A stretch of DNA of 64,000 bases from contig CANNDF010000009.1 of the NCBI GenBank assembly GCA_947503305.1, forward strand, positions 993 through 64,992, written 5' to 3'. The notes beneath the pieces are model-generated. The model worked only from the letters and a program-made list of their open reading frames with translations. It made no database searches and was not told where the DNA came from. Positions 29,421 to 39,289 of this stretch are shown one piece after another; within the stretch, counting starts at the first letter, position 1, and the number at the start of each line of letters is the position of its first letter. Both the position numbers and the translations under genes were made by a program. The stretch is from an uncultured Dokdonia sp. GTDB lineage: Bacteria > Bacteroidota > Bacteroidia > Flavobacteriales > Flavobacteriaceae.

Positions 29421-30400
29421 TATTTTAGAGTCTTATTTTCTATCATCAAACTATCAATCTTTACAGCGAGTTTTTTGGAAAAAGATTTGGCCCCTTTTGC
29501 ACTTAAATGGAAGCTATCATAGTAATTACTCTCATCATATGATATTGTATCTGTAGCTAGGTTTAAAAAATGAATATTAGAATTACTCTGAGCAAACTGT
29601 TTAAGTTTTTTTGAGTAATACGTTCTTAAATTTTTATTGGCTTCCAACCGTTTTATAAACTCAGGAGCCCATACAAAAATGGTTACTATTGATTGATCGG
29701 ATAATGAGGTGGCAAAATCAGTCGTATGTTTATATCCTGATTCAAACTTATCCGTATAGTTTATAGATGTATCGAGTCTTCTAAAGCGTTCTATATTTAA
29801 ACTATCTAATCTAAATTTTTTATTCTTTGGACAGAAACCATCTATCAATTCTATTTCATTATAGACCTTATTAAATAATAAGGTTCGAAGACTACGTTTC
29901 AGGTATTCACGATTTGTGTTGTATTTTAATAATGGTACTATTGTATAGTATTTATATTTTTCATCTATTATAGGCAATGTTTCTTTTATGATATCATTCG
30001 AAAAATAAGAGATGTATTGATACTCTTCAAAAACTTTATGAGAAGCTATAAAGTGTGATAAATCAACATTTTGAATTACCACTTTTGGTTTTACATTAGT
30101 ATCTACATAGAGGTCATATTTCATTTTTTGAATGTTATATCCGCCTCCATTTGCACTTAAATTATATGTTTTAATACCTAGATTGTCAGTTAGTATTGTA
30201 GGATCATAACCAGTATAAGCCCTAGAAGAGCCTAAAATTATAGACTTTGCATTTATTGCTCCAGAATAAATCTGGGTCCATTCTTTTAATATCCCTTTTT
30301 CAAAGCGTTTCATTCCCAGGTCTGCCATGTATTGAATCGTATAGCCCAAAACACATGTCAAAACAAGTAAACTGATGATATAGATTAAAAATCGGCGCAT
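29420..30400 (-). CDS. Membrane-anchored SGNH/DltD/AlgJ-like protein (paralogue 2)
   Basis: N-terminal TM helix, IILGSSRAY and C-terminal YYDSFHLSAKGAKSFSKK. Shares LNIERF(K/R)RL, VPLLKYN and WAPE(Y/F) blocks with paralogue 1. Confidence 0.6.
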   Translation of the reverse strand: MRRFLIYIISLLVLTCVLGYTIQYMADLGMKRFEKGILKEWTQIYSGAINAKSIILGSSRAYTGYDPTILTDNLGIKTYNLSANGGGYNIQKMKYDLYVDTNVKPKVVIQNVDLSHFIASHKVFEEYQYISYFSNDIIKETLPIIDEKYKYYTIVPLLKYNTNREYLKRSLRTLLFNKVYNEIELIDGFCPKNKKFRLDSLNIERFRRLDTSINYTDKFESGYKHTTDFATSLSDQSIVTIFVWAPEFIKRLEANKNLRTYYSKKLKQFAQSNSNIHFLNLATDTISYDESNYYDSFHLSAKGAKSFSKKLAVKIDSLMIENKTLK

Positions 30401-30422
30401 ATATTAAATATAAAATGATATC

Positions 30423-31112
30423 CTATTCCAGAAGCCTTTCTGCTTTTTCCCAATCTTCCAATGTATCAATATTTACATGGTTCTTTGAATCTGATTCAAC
30501 ATACGTAATTGTATTTCCATAAAAGGAATGTTGCTGTTGTATGACGTCTGTTTTTGTGATATAGATACCTCCATCTCTTATATATGCTGTTGGGAGTTCT
30601 TGCCTTCTCTTAATAATTTCTTTTTCTCCCGTAGCAATCTGTAGATTTCCTGAAGCATTAGGTTCAAAGACCCAGTGTGGGTTGTATTGATGTGGCACAG
30701 GAAGTACCGAGATCAATGTGTCTGTATGAGCATCCATAAACCTTTTAATAGCCTTATCGATATCATTTGCTGTTCTAAAAGGAGTTGTTACTTGTAACAA
30801 ACAGATTGCATCAAATTTTTCTCCAAGTTGCTCCATCTCTATAAGGGTATGTTGAACTACTTCTAAAGAACCAGCGCTATCGGTTGCCAGGTGATCAGGT
30901 CTCTTAAAAGGAACGCGTACTCCAAGCTGTTTAGCAATTTCTATGAGAGATGAGTCTTCAGAAGAAAAAACTACTGTTGTCAGGGATGTTGCTTTTAATG
31001 CCGCTTCAATAGTATATTGCATAAGGGGTTTTCCTCCAAGTATTTTTTTATTCTTATCTGGAATTCCTTTACTCCCTCCCCGAGCGGGTATAATACCTAA
31101 TATCTTCATCAA
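30423..31112 (-). CDS. neuA: CMP-nonulosonic acid synthetase (acylneuraminate cytidylyltransferase family)
   Basis: 229 aa. ILGIIPARGGSKGIPDKN is the CTP-transferase 3 signature. Confidence 0.85.
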   Translation of the reverse strand: MMKILGIIPARGGSKGIPDKNKKILGGKPLMQYTIEAALKATSLTTVVFSSEDSSLIEIAKQLGVRVPFKRPDHLATDSAGSLEVVQHTLIEMEQLGEKFDAICLLQVTTPFRTANDIDKAIKRFMDAHTDTLISVLPVPHQYNPHWVFEPNASGNLQIATGEKEIIKRRQELPTAYIRDGGIYITKTDVIQQQHSFYGNTITYVESDSKNHVNIDTLEDWEKAERLLE

Positions 31113-32269
31113 TAGGTAATGGTTTTATGAAATCGAAGTGTTATTTCTGATAATATTTGAGCAATTTTGACACCACTATCCCCAGATCCATATATCGTAC
31201 TTTGCTCATTTTTAGGGTGTTGTAATTGTGATTTTATAGCATCTTCAATCGCTTTAATATCATAGGATACATCCATCACATTATCACCTCTTAATCTTCT
31301 ATTTTGACGAGTCCCTATATTTACTACGGGAACTCCTAAATAAGAACACTCTCGTATTCCTACACTACTATTCCCTATCAAACATTTGCTATTAATCAAT
31401 AGTCTTAAAAAATCAAAAGGCTCCATATTCTTAAAGAATCGTATGTTCTTAGGTTGATGTTTTTCTCTATAGGATCGGATTCCATTTGATGTACCATCGG
31501 CTCCTGCATCTACATTAGGCCAAAACCAAAAAGTTGGAATCCCTAGTCCATCAATAACTTCTAGTGTTTTTAAAACATCTTTTTTTGCCTGATGATATTC
31601 GGTGGTCACAGGGTGTTGCATCACAACAATATAATCCTCAGCAGGATCTACCATAGCACCTACTCCACCGTATTTTTTAATGGGATCATAATCAAGATTA
31701 GGATGTTCCATTACTTCTGCAGCAAGATCAATAGAGGGGCATCCTGTATTAAAAACATAGTTTTCATCTTCACCCATCTTAAGGACACGATTCTTTGCAT
31801 CTTCTGAAGTCACAAAATGAATATCTGCCAGTTTTGTATTTGCATGACGTACTTTCTCATCTATATTCCCAGTAACTTCCCCTCCCTGAAGATGAATTAA
31901 TGGTATATTTTGATAGGCTGCAGCAATTGAAGTAGCAATCGTTTCAAAACGATCTGCAATAGTTAATACCGCATCAGGTTGTAAATTATAAAAGACATTT
32001 GCTAGCTCCATTACTCCTAGACCTGTCGTCTTTGCCATTGCAGTTTTATTTTCTCCTTCAAGAACCATAAAGACTTTTTCATTGATAATAAATCCATCTT
32101 TTTCAATAAAGTTTACGGCATTTCCATAACGATCTAATAATGCAGATCCTGCTACTACTAGTTGTAATTCTAATAATGGATGTGTATCTATAGCCTGTAG
32201 GACTGTTTTTACTCTACTATAACTAGGCCTGGCTGTTATGACAGCACAAATTTTACGTTTCTCTTTCAT
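31109..32269 (-). CDS. neuC: UDP-N-acetylglucosamine 2-epimerase, hydrolysing type (NeuC-like)
   Basis: 386 aa with ICAVITARPSYSR, LHLQGGEVTGNIDEKVRHA and GNSSVGIRE, as in NeuC/LegG-type epimerases. Confidence 0.85.
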   Translation of the reverse strand: MKEKRKICAVITARPSYSRVKTVLQAIDTHPLLELQLVVAGSALLDRYGNAVNFIEKDGFIINEKVFMVLEGENKTAMAKTTGLGVMELANVFYNLQPDAVLTIADRFETIATSIAAAYQNIPLIHLQGGEVTGNIDEKVRHANTKLADIHFVTSEDAKNRVLKMGEDENYVFNTGCPSIDLAAEVMEHPNLDYDPIKKYGGVGAMVDPAEDYIVVMQHPVTTEYHQAKKDVLKTLEVIDGLGIPTFWFWPNVDAGADGTSNGIRSYREKHQPKNIRFFKNMEPFDFLRLLINSKCLIGNSSVGIRECSYLGVPVVNIGTRQNRRLRGDNVMDVSYDIKAIEDAIKSQLQHPKNEQSTIYGSGDSGVKIAQILSEITLRFHKTITY

Positions 32270-32271
32270 AA

Positions 32272-33267
32272 TTATATTACAGCCTCTTCAGTTAAAAACT
32301 CCCAAGCTTCAAGATCCTTAGTCAATGCCTTTCCTATCACTTCTTTATATTGAGATGCTAGAATTCCGTATCCTTTTGGTTTTTTTGCTTCCAAATCTTC
32401 AAACGTAAGTATATGTCCCTGAGGTAATGATTTATTTACTGCTAATGATTTTTCAAAAATATTTTTCACTTTCGCGAAAGCGCTATTATCATTTTTATTG
32501 ATCGGATTTTTAAGTGCTTTTGAAACTGCATGGACTCCTTCTACCAACTCTTTTGTTTGATTGATGGTAAGTGATGAGGACACATCTGGGCCAAACATTG
32601 CTTTATCAAAGACTACATGAAACTCTAATAGTTTTGCACCTAATGCTGTAGCAGCAATCCCGGTAGCAATTTGTGCTGAATGATCTGAAAATCCTACTGG
32701 GATTTGATATCGTTCTTTAAGTTCGGAAATAACATTAAGTCCATATTGCTCTGGGGCAGTAGGATAACTTGTTGTACACTGTAGTATTGAAACCTCAGTC
32801 TGTGCTTCTTTTAAAATTGCCATGGTCTCATCCAACTCCTCGAAAGAACTCATTCCACTAGAGATAATTATAGGTTTACCTGTAGCAATCACTTTTTTAA
32901 GTAATAAATGATTATTTACTTCACCACTTCCTATCTTATATCGGTCTACCCCTGCTACTTCAAGAATATCTACAGCTGCATTGCTGAATGGGCTACTTAT
33001 AAAATCCAACCCTACATCCTTACAATGTTTTCCTATAGCGATCCATTGTTCTTGTGTAAACTCCATGCGTTTCCAATAGTCATAACGTGTAGCATCCTGC
33101 GTAGAAAAATGAACCCTAAAAGGTTCGTAAATACTACTTTCAGCATGAGCAATATGTGTTTGGAATTTAATGGCATGTACTCCGGTTGTTGCAACAGCAT
33201 CTATATAAGCATGCAGCGTTCCTAGACTTCCGTCATGTGCTTGCCCTATCTCTGCAATTATATACAT
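32272..33267 (-). CDS. neuB: N-acetylneuraminate (nonulosonate) synthase family protein
   Basis: 331 aa with MYIIAEIGQAHDGSLG, KFQTH, KIGSGE, SDHS and a C-terminal SAF-like domain. Confidence 0.9.
   Translation of the reverse strand: MYIIAEIGQAHDGSLGTLHAYIDAVATTGVHAIKFQTHIAHAESSIYEPFRVHFSTQDATRYDYWKRMEFTQEQWIAIGKHCKDVGLDFISSPFSNAAVDILEVAGVDRYKIGSGEVNNHLLLKKVIATGKPIIISSGMSSFEELDETMAILKEAQTEVSILQCTTSYPTAPEQYGLNVISELKERYQIPVGFSDHSAQIATGIAATALGAKLLEFHVVFDKAMFGPDVSSSLTINQTKELVEGVHAVSKALKNPINKNDNSAFAKVKNIFEKSLAVNKSLPQGHILTFEDLEAKKPKGYGILASQYKEVIGKALTKDLEAWEFLTEEAVI
32468..32481. repeat. Iterated palindrome, 13/14 copy, inside neuB
   Basis: The plus strand reads ACTTTCGCGAAAGC. The coding strand reads GCTTTCGCGAAAGT, giving A-F-A-K-V (SAFAKVKN). 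Confidence 0.85.
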
Positions 33268-33285
33268 GTTTTTTTCTTTGGTTCG

Positions 33286-33900
33286 TTAGGTGTTCTTTTT
33301 TTGTAAATAAAACAATGATTGACTTCTCCATATAGTTTCTTTTACAATGGTATAATTATATCTTGCAAAAACAGCCTTCAATGCGTCTTCAGTATAATCA
33401 CTTAGCCATCCATTTTTAAGGCGGTTGTCTTTTGCTATATCAGAACAACAGTAAGATACACAGATATTCTCAATTTCTGGAGACAAGAATTCCATCACTG
33501 CATTAATATCATACACATATTCCAAAACTCCGCTCATGATCACTGTATCATACGATGAAAGGTCTAATGCTGTTGAAAGGTTATTTAAATCAAATACAAT
33601 CGTTTCTGGATATCGTTGTACAATATCTGAAGGGGTATAGGTTATAGAACTGTCTAAATATTTTTTTAAAAACATACTCCCCGCACCAAACTCCAGTACT
33701 GATGCACCCATAGGCACATAGTCTCCCAGCATGGCAGTTCTTGTATTCCAATCTTCTTTAAGAGATTGATTTTTACTCCACCTCGCCAGATCAGAAGATG
33801 CCTGCGATCGTAATTCTTTGGTCCTCAGTATTTGACCTGTGGATGTACTTTCCTGTGGTTTTTTAAAAAACGTATTCCTGATTTTTTCCAATAGGGACAT
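33286..33900 (-). CDS. Class I SAM-dependent methyltransferase
   Basis: VLEFGAGSMFLKKYL glycine-rich motif. The probable start is MSLLEKIRN at 33900; the track start is 33951. Confidence 0.7.
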   Translation of the reverse strand: MSLLEKIRNTFFKKPQESTSTGQILRTKELRSQASSDLARWSKNQSLKEDWNTRTAMLGDYVPMGASVLEFGAGSMFLKKYLDSSITYTPSDIVQRYPETIVFDLNNLSTALDLSSYDTVIMSGVLEYVYDINAVMEFLSPEIENICVSYCCSDIAKDNRLKNGWLSDYTEDALKAVFARYNYTIVKETIWRSQSLFYLQKKNT

Positions 33901-33988
33901 AGGGGCAAAATACTTCTTTAAGCAATATAAACAATTCCGAGGCTGTGCCAAATTACTTACGCAGAAAAAACAAAATCAGGTTGCTATC

Positions 33989-35113
33989 CTAAAAGGTTTT
34001 CTTAGCGTCTTCAATTATTTTTGTAAGTTGAGCACACCAGGTTTTTAATCCATATATTTCATCAGGAATCGTATATGCCTGTTTTAATTTTTTTTCATGA
34101 AATAAGGATACAGATACTCTCATCGCATCCAACCACTCACTTCTGTAGTTAGGGTGTGTAACCAACGCTGCTAATTTTCCGTGATCTACAACTTCAGGCA
34201 CACCTCCGTTTGCAGATGCTATGCAGTAGCAACCAGACTTAAGCGCTTCAATTAATGTCAAACCAAATCCTTCCTTACATAGCGTCGGATATAGATATAC
34301 ATCTGTAGCTTGATAATATTTAGGAAGTTCATGATTAGGTACTTTCCCAAAAAATACAACACCTTCTATAGCTATATCTCGATGTGCACCCACAACCCAT
34401 AAGACACAATGATTATGTTCTTTGTAGAAAAGCTTCCATACTTTTAATATAAAATCAAGTCCTTTTTTAGGTCTGTCTTGAGACACCCATAAAAATACTT
34501 GTTGCTCTTGAGAAACACCTAACGAACTTCTCAATTCTACCTTTGATGCATCATCAGGTTTAAAAAACAACGTACTATCAACACCATTATGTAAGACGGA
34601 CACTGCGCAAGGCATATCGGTATAATAATCCAGATGCGCTTTGTATGAAGCATGTGTAAGAAGTATTGCTTCATCAATTGCTGCAAAAAACATTCGTCCT
34701 CTGGGATTCCCAAAGAAAGGTGGAAATCCGTGATAATAGAACTGTAAATAGCACTGTTTTGCAATATGTTTTTCTTCTAAATAAGCTCTTAATGGGAGTA
34801 CTAATCCTGCATTATCGATAATCTTAATGATTATCGAATTCTCTTTCTCTAGAATGGTATCCAATGCATCAAAAATTTGCTCATAGGTCTTTGAAGCACC
34901 GAGTTTACGTTTGATTTTATGTACGGTAGACGCTTTTACAAAAGCATATTCTACATCCGTATACTTCTCAGTAGGTTCTGGACAAATAATATAATCTATA
35001 ACATGAGAATCTGTTTTTAAGTAATAATCATATAGCGTAGTCCAACTTCCAATACCCTCGTAAGGAAGCGGGAAGTGTGATATGAGTAGTACTTTAGGGT
35101 TTATTCCTTCCAT
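33989..35113 (-). CDS. Glycosyltransferase, GT4-like
   Basis: VLLISHFPLPYEGIGSW; YPTLCKEGFGLTLIEALKSGCYCIASANGGVPEVV. Confidence 0.8.
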   Translation of the reverse strand: MEGINPKVLLISHFPLPYEGIGSWTTLYDYYLKTDSHVIDYIICPEPTEKYTDVEYAFVKASTVHKIKRKLGASKTYEQIFDALDTILEKENSIIIKIIDNAGLVLPLRAYLEEKHIAKQCYLQFYYHGFPPFFGNPRGRMFFAAIDEAILLTHASYKAHLDYYTDMPCAVSVLHNGVDSTLFFKPDDASKVELRSSLGVSQEQQVFLWVSQDRPKKGLDFILKVWKLFYKEHNHCVLWVVGAHRDIAIEGVVFFGKVPNHELPKYYQATDVYLYPTLCKEGFGLTLIEALKSGCYCIASANGGVPEVVDHGKLAALVTHPNYRSEWLDAMRVSVSLFHEKKLKQAYTIPDEIYGLKTWCAQLTKIIEDAKKTF

Positions 35114-36162
35114 ATCGTGTATGATATCGATTTACAATCTGAACTTATGGAATAAAGATACTTCATATTACATAGATGATTGATATGAAACCATAATAGT
35201 TGATCACTAGCTGCCTTTAATGTATATCTGTGCATTACCCTCGATAGGATCGTCGAAAATGTATTATTATGACCAGAAAGAGTGTATTTAAAAACTCCTT
35301 TGGGAGTGTCTTGAGGTAATTGTGCAAGCCAGTTTTCAAATTTATGCTTCTGTAAAGATACTTCTATACTATGATCAGGTTTCAGTAAACGCTCATAGGT
35401 CTGTTTATCTTGAATCTCCCCCCAATTTTTATCAGTATTTACAACGGTTACTTTTGCTTCATTTTGCGATAAGCGATACTTATAATTTTTACGGGCTATA
35501 TCTTTAATTGTAATATGGCGTGTTATATATCTGTCTTCTATATTTCTGTATATTTTATGATACTGATGTAGCATGAGTATTTTCTTATCATAAAAAGATA
35601 CAGTAAGACCATAATGTTTTAATCGATCATGTACATCAGTATCTTCAGAACCCCAAAGATGATAATACTCATCAAACCCTCTTAGGGCTTGAAGGGCTTG
35701 TACTGGAAATAAAGACAACCCTGTTGCACCTGGAGCAGATTCAAATTTTATCGTGTACTTATCAAATGGCTTCTCTTGTTGTGTTTCTTCTTTAGATAGA
35801 AATCCTACCTGAAAATAAGTGGTCGCTGTAGGTGATTTTACCTGATGAAGTGTTTCTACAAAATCTGGGTGGAAAATCATGTCAATATCTGCTACAAAAC
35901 AGTAGGGCGTTTTTAACTCTTTAATCAAGATATTAAGAGCTCTTGATTTATTCCACATAGTATTTATGTGATAAGAATACTGATATCTTGCAAACGGGTA
36001 TTTAGCGATAAGTTGTGCTACTTCTTTTGCCTTTTCACGTGAAGTCCCATAGTCAATAAAAGCAACATCAAAATTTGTATTTGATTGTAACACTAATGAA
36101 TCTAGTGATCTTTTGACTCTAGAAAGTTCCCTATCACGATATGGAAAAAGTAAAGTAATCAT
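35101..36162 (-). CDS. Glycosyltransferase, GT2-like with a galactosyltransferase-type C-terminal motif
   Basis: ITLLFPYRDRE..FIDYGTS..VADIDMIF (DxD) and WGSEDTDVHDRL, which resembles the WGxEDxD motif of GT7C/GT2-type enzymes. Confidence 0.7.
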   Translation of the reverse strand: MITLLFPYRDRELSRVKRSLDSLVLQSNTNFDVAFIDYGTSREKAKEVAQLIAKYPFARYQYSYHINTMWNKSRALNILIKELKTPYCFVADIDMIFHPDFVETLHQVKSPTATTYFQVGFLSKEETQQEKPFDKYTIKFESAPGATGLSLFPVQALQALRGFDEYYHLWGSEDTDVHDRLKHYGLTVSFYDKKILMLHQYHKIYRNIEDRYITRHITIKDIARKNYKYRLSQNEAKVTVVNTDKNWGEIQDKQTYERLLKPDHSIEVSLQKHKFENWLAQLPQDTPKGVFKYTLSGHNNTFSTILSRVMHRYTLKAASDQLLWFHINHLCNMKYLYSISSDCKSISYTIWKE

Positions 36163-37184
36163 TAATGATATGCTTGTGCTTCTTGAGCCGATAGCCCTTT
36201 TTTCCTCAATAAATAGGCTCCTATTTTTTTATGCTGTAGACATTTACCTATCACTTTATATGCTATTTTTTTAAAAACCCCAGGTGGTACAATAGGAGAA
36301 AGTTGGATAGGGACTCCTCCTTTTTGTTTTTCGGATCTTGTATCTGAAGGACACATCCATTCTTCATACGTATTTCCCATATGGGATGCATAAGATGTTG
36401 TTGTAGAGAGCCTATAGAGACCTGCTTCATATACAGGTTTGTCTATATATTCTTGTACTATCTTAGCGCCTAGAGCATGTACAGTAGCTTTTTTTATATT
36501 TGTTTTTAAAATATCTCCTCTATATGTAGCTACATAATGTCCAGCACCTAGAACCGCTTTTTTCCCTTGTGTATTGGTAAGAATTAAGGTTTTCTTTAAC
36601 TGGATATCATTATAGAATGCTGGATTTGCAAGGCTTTTGGCAAAATTCCGCATCCCTTCAGGGTCGGGATTATCTTCAAAAACAAGTCGTTTACTCCAAC
36701 CATATCGATACCATAGGGATTGTGTCATATGTGCATATGATTTTGAGGAAGGTGTAGGGCACACCGCCCCTACTTGCTCAAAATTTCTGTAGATATCTTC
36801 TACGGCTTGTTGCCACCCTTCATAAAAATATACATCCGCATCACTGAGTGTGACCAAAGGATAATCATCACCAGCAAGTACTTTATAAATACTATTTACT
36901 TTCCCCACATTTTCTCTTGTAATAGAGAGTTCTTGAATAACTTTATCTGTATACAACTGTTGTAAATAAGCAATGACAGTATTACAACTTCCATTATCAG
37001 CTACAGCGATTAGTGTTTTATCATGAGTAGTAGCTACAAGAGTCTGAAGACATAGTTTAAGAATCTTAAAAGCATCACGATAATACCCTTCTTCATTGGG
37101 TATATATACAGGAACGATTACTTTGTGGTAATATCCTGTATTTAAGATTTGAGCATTTTTTTGAGGGTTTGTTCCCTTTCTCAT
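36162..37184 (-). CDS. Glycosyltransferase, GT-A fold (GT2-like)
   Basis: VIVPVYIPNEE..IAVADNGSCN..LSDADVYF (DxD). Confidence 0.65.
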   Translation of the reverse strand: MRKGTNPQKNAQILNTGYYHKVIVPVYIPNEEGYYRDAFKILKLCLQTLVATTHDKTLIAVADNGSCNTVIAYLQQLYTDKVIQELSITRENVGKVNSIYKVLAGDDYPLVTLSDADVYFYEGWQQAVEDIYRNFEQVGAVCPTPSSKSYAHMTQSLWYRYGWSKRLVFEDNPDPEGMRNFAKSLANPAFYNDIQLKKTLILTNTQGKKAVLGAGHYVATYRGDILKTNIKKATVHALGAKIVQEYIDKPVYEAGLYRLSTTTSYASHMGNTYEEWMCPSDTRSEKQKGGVPIQLSPIVPPGVFKKIAYKVIGKCLQHKKIGAYLLRKKGLSAQEAQAYH

Positions 37185-37193
37185 ATGGTTAAC

Positions 37194-38354
37194 TTATGAT
37201 AATAGCTCAGATACAATAGTTCTATAGCGTTGTGCAATTGTCTGGTTCATGTATCTTGATGTATATCGTTGACGTAAACTTAATGAAATTCTATGAACCT
37301 CTTCCGAGTTTAAAGCACACATACGTTCTTTTTCTTTTATGAAAGTCTGAGGTGTTTTAATATCAAACCAAAACTGAGTTTCAATTTCTTCTAATCGTTC
37401 TTTCATAGCTCCAACATCTGTACTTATAATAAGTTTACCAGCAGCCATCGCTTCTAGACCTACTAGAGGCCCAGATTCTTCATAAGAACTAATGATCACA
37501 CAGTCTACTGTAGCATAAAAACCCTGTAACCCTTCCCTAGACAATTGCCCCATATATTTAACATTAACTCGCCCTTCTATAGCGTCTTTTACAGCCTCTC
37601 TTAAGACGCCATCACCAGCTATTATCAAACGTTCGTCTGGAGCAAGATCAAGTATTTCAAGAAGTTCAAGAAGCCCTTTTTCTTTACTCAATCTCCCTAT
37701 AAAACCATATACTTTTACTGTATTTGTAAGTGGAGGGATTTTTAAAAGCGTGGTCTCTGTAGTGGCTGCTTGATCAATAATTGCATAGGAAGTATCTAGA
37801 TAAGAAGGCATATTCTGAGCGTTTGCTTCAGAATGATGAATATACATTGTTATATTTTCTAAAAATGTTAAGTCGATTCCATATGGTAAATCTATAGTTC
37901 CTGTAGTCCGTACAATAAGTGGTGTCTTATTTTCTAAACAATAGTCTGCAATTTCTATAAGGTATGTAGAGGTCAATTGGCCAATAAAAAAGACAATATC
38001 TGTAGTTGCTATTGCTGTTTGAATGATATGTAAACTCGATCTCTTAAAATCAAATTGCCTTAGCGAGAGCTGATTTTTAACATAATAATACGGTTCATTC
38101 TTACGACCATGTATAAGGTAGCTTATCCATGCGGTACACTTTATTCTCCAAGAGCTTTTATACTGTTCTTTCTGAATACTAGTAAACGTATCTTTTGTTA
38201 TACTGGTAAGAGCAAAAGACGCAGAAGAAATATACCCTGTAGAACATACGTGTATATCACAAGTCGTTTCCAATGCGTTGGTGATGAGTTGTACCTCTAC
38301 ATCTCTCCCTCCAAAATCGCCTATAGGTCCTATAAGTAATACCTTAGATTTCAC
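37194..38354 (-). CDS. Glycosyltransferase, GT4-like
   Basis: FIGRLSKEKGLLELL..ISSYEESGPLVGLEAMAAGKLIISTDVGAMKE. Confidence 0.75.
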   Translation of the reverse strand: MKSKVLLIGPIGDFGGRDVEVQLITNALETTCDIHVCSTGYISSASFALTSITKDTFTSIQKEQYKSSWRIKCTAWISYLIHGRKNEPYYYVKNQLSLRQFDFKRSSLHIIQTAIATTDIVFFIGQLTSTYLIEIADYCLENKTPLIVRTTGTIDLPYGIDLTFLENITMYIHHSEANAQNMPSYLDTSYAIIDQAATTETTLLKIPPLTNTVKVYGFIGRLSKEKGLLELLEILDLAPDERLIIAGDGVLREAVKDAIEGRVNVKYMGQLSREGLQGFYATVDCVIISSYEESGPLVGLEAMAAGKLIISTDVGAMKERLEEIETQFWFDIKTPQTFIKEKERMCALNSEEVHRISLSLRQRYTSRYMNQTIAQRYRTIVSELLS

Positions 38355-38362
38355 TTTGCTTA

Positions 38363-39289
38363 TTACAGTTTAAAAAATAACCTTTTTACTTTCTTGATAA
38401 TTTTATTTTGTAATGATGCCTCCTTTTTTTGTGTATCAAGTGGTCCTTTAAAAAAAGAAGCATGAGTATGAATTACAGATTGATCTTTGATTTTTTGAAA
38501 CAAATACGTTTTTGCATTCTCAACATAAGCATATTTTTTTTGAGGTTCTATTTGTTTGAGATGACTTGCAATCAGTTTCCAACTTTGCACTGCAGCTTCG
38601 GCTTTTATTACCGAGTCTAATTGACTGACACTTCCTGCTTCTGGAGTTCTGTAATAGGCCATTCCTATAGGTGCATGTACAACTCGTTTTGCATGTATTA
38701 ATACTCGTGTAAAAAACTCCCCATCTTGATTAATTTTTAAAGATTCATTCCATAAGCCACTGGAGGCAATGATTGCTCGTGATACTAAGTAGCTATGACA
38801 TGGGAAGAATGGTGCCCGATGGTCAAAAGCTTCTATAAGTGCCAAGCCGCTATCAAAATCTTTATTCAAATGGTTTGTCCGTGGTAATACAGCGTCTACT
38901 GTATCTACAAATTTATTCCATTTTGAAGTAGCTATTTGGTACGTTTCTGTACTTTCCTGAAGGCGCTGTACTTGATTTTTTAATTTATCAGGACTTATCA
39001 AATCATCACTATCCAACCAGTTAACGTACAGACCTTTACTTTTCTCAAACCCATAATTACGGCACGTGTTTGCGCCTTTGAGTAATGTCTCGGGGCGTTT
39101 AAAAAGTTGTATTCTTGAGTCCGCTTTCGCGAAAGCGGCCACCTTCTCCATACTAGCATCTGTAGATCCATCATCTATTACGATACATTCCCAATGTGCA
39201 TACTCTTGATTTTGAACAGAACGTAATGTTTCTTCAATACAATGAGCACGATTAAAAACAGGAATGATGATAGAAAGAAGCGGTTGCAT
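38363..39289 (-). CDS. Glycosyltransferase GT2 (paralogue group with 40541-42495)
   Basis: LSIIIPVFNRA..HWECIVIDDGSTD..KGANTCRNYGFEKSKGLYVNWLDSDDL. Confidence 0.85.
   Translation of the reverse strand: MQPLLSIIIPVFNRAHCIEETLRSVQNQEYAHWECIVIDDGSTDASMEKVAAFAKADSRIQLFKRPETLLKGANTCRNYGFEKSKGLYVNWLDSDDLISPDKLKNQVQRLQESTETYQIATSKWNKFVDTVDAVLPRTNHLNKDFDSGLALIEAFDHRAPFFPCHSYLVSRAIIASSGLWNESLKINQDGEFFTRVLIHAKRVVHAPIGMAYYRTPEAGSVSQLDSVIKAEAAVQSWKLIASHLKQIEPQKKYAYVENAKTYLFQKIKDQSVIHTHASFFKGPLDTQKKEASLQNKIIKKVKRLFFKL
39121..39138. repeat. Iterated palindrome, exact core extended to an 18-mer, inside a GT2 CDS
   Basis: CCGCTTTCGCGAAAGCGG, read as A-A-F-A-K-A-D. Confidence 0.95.
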
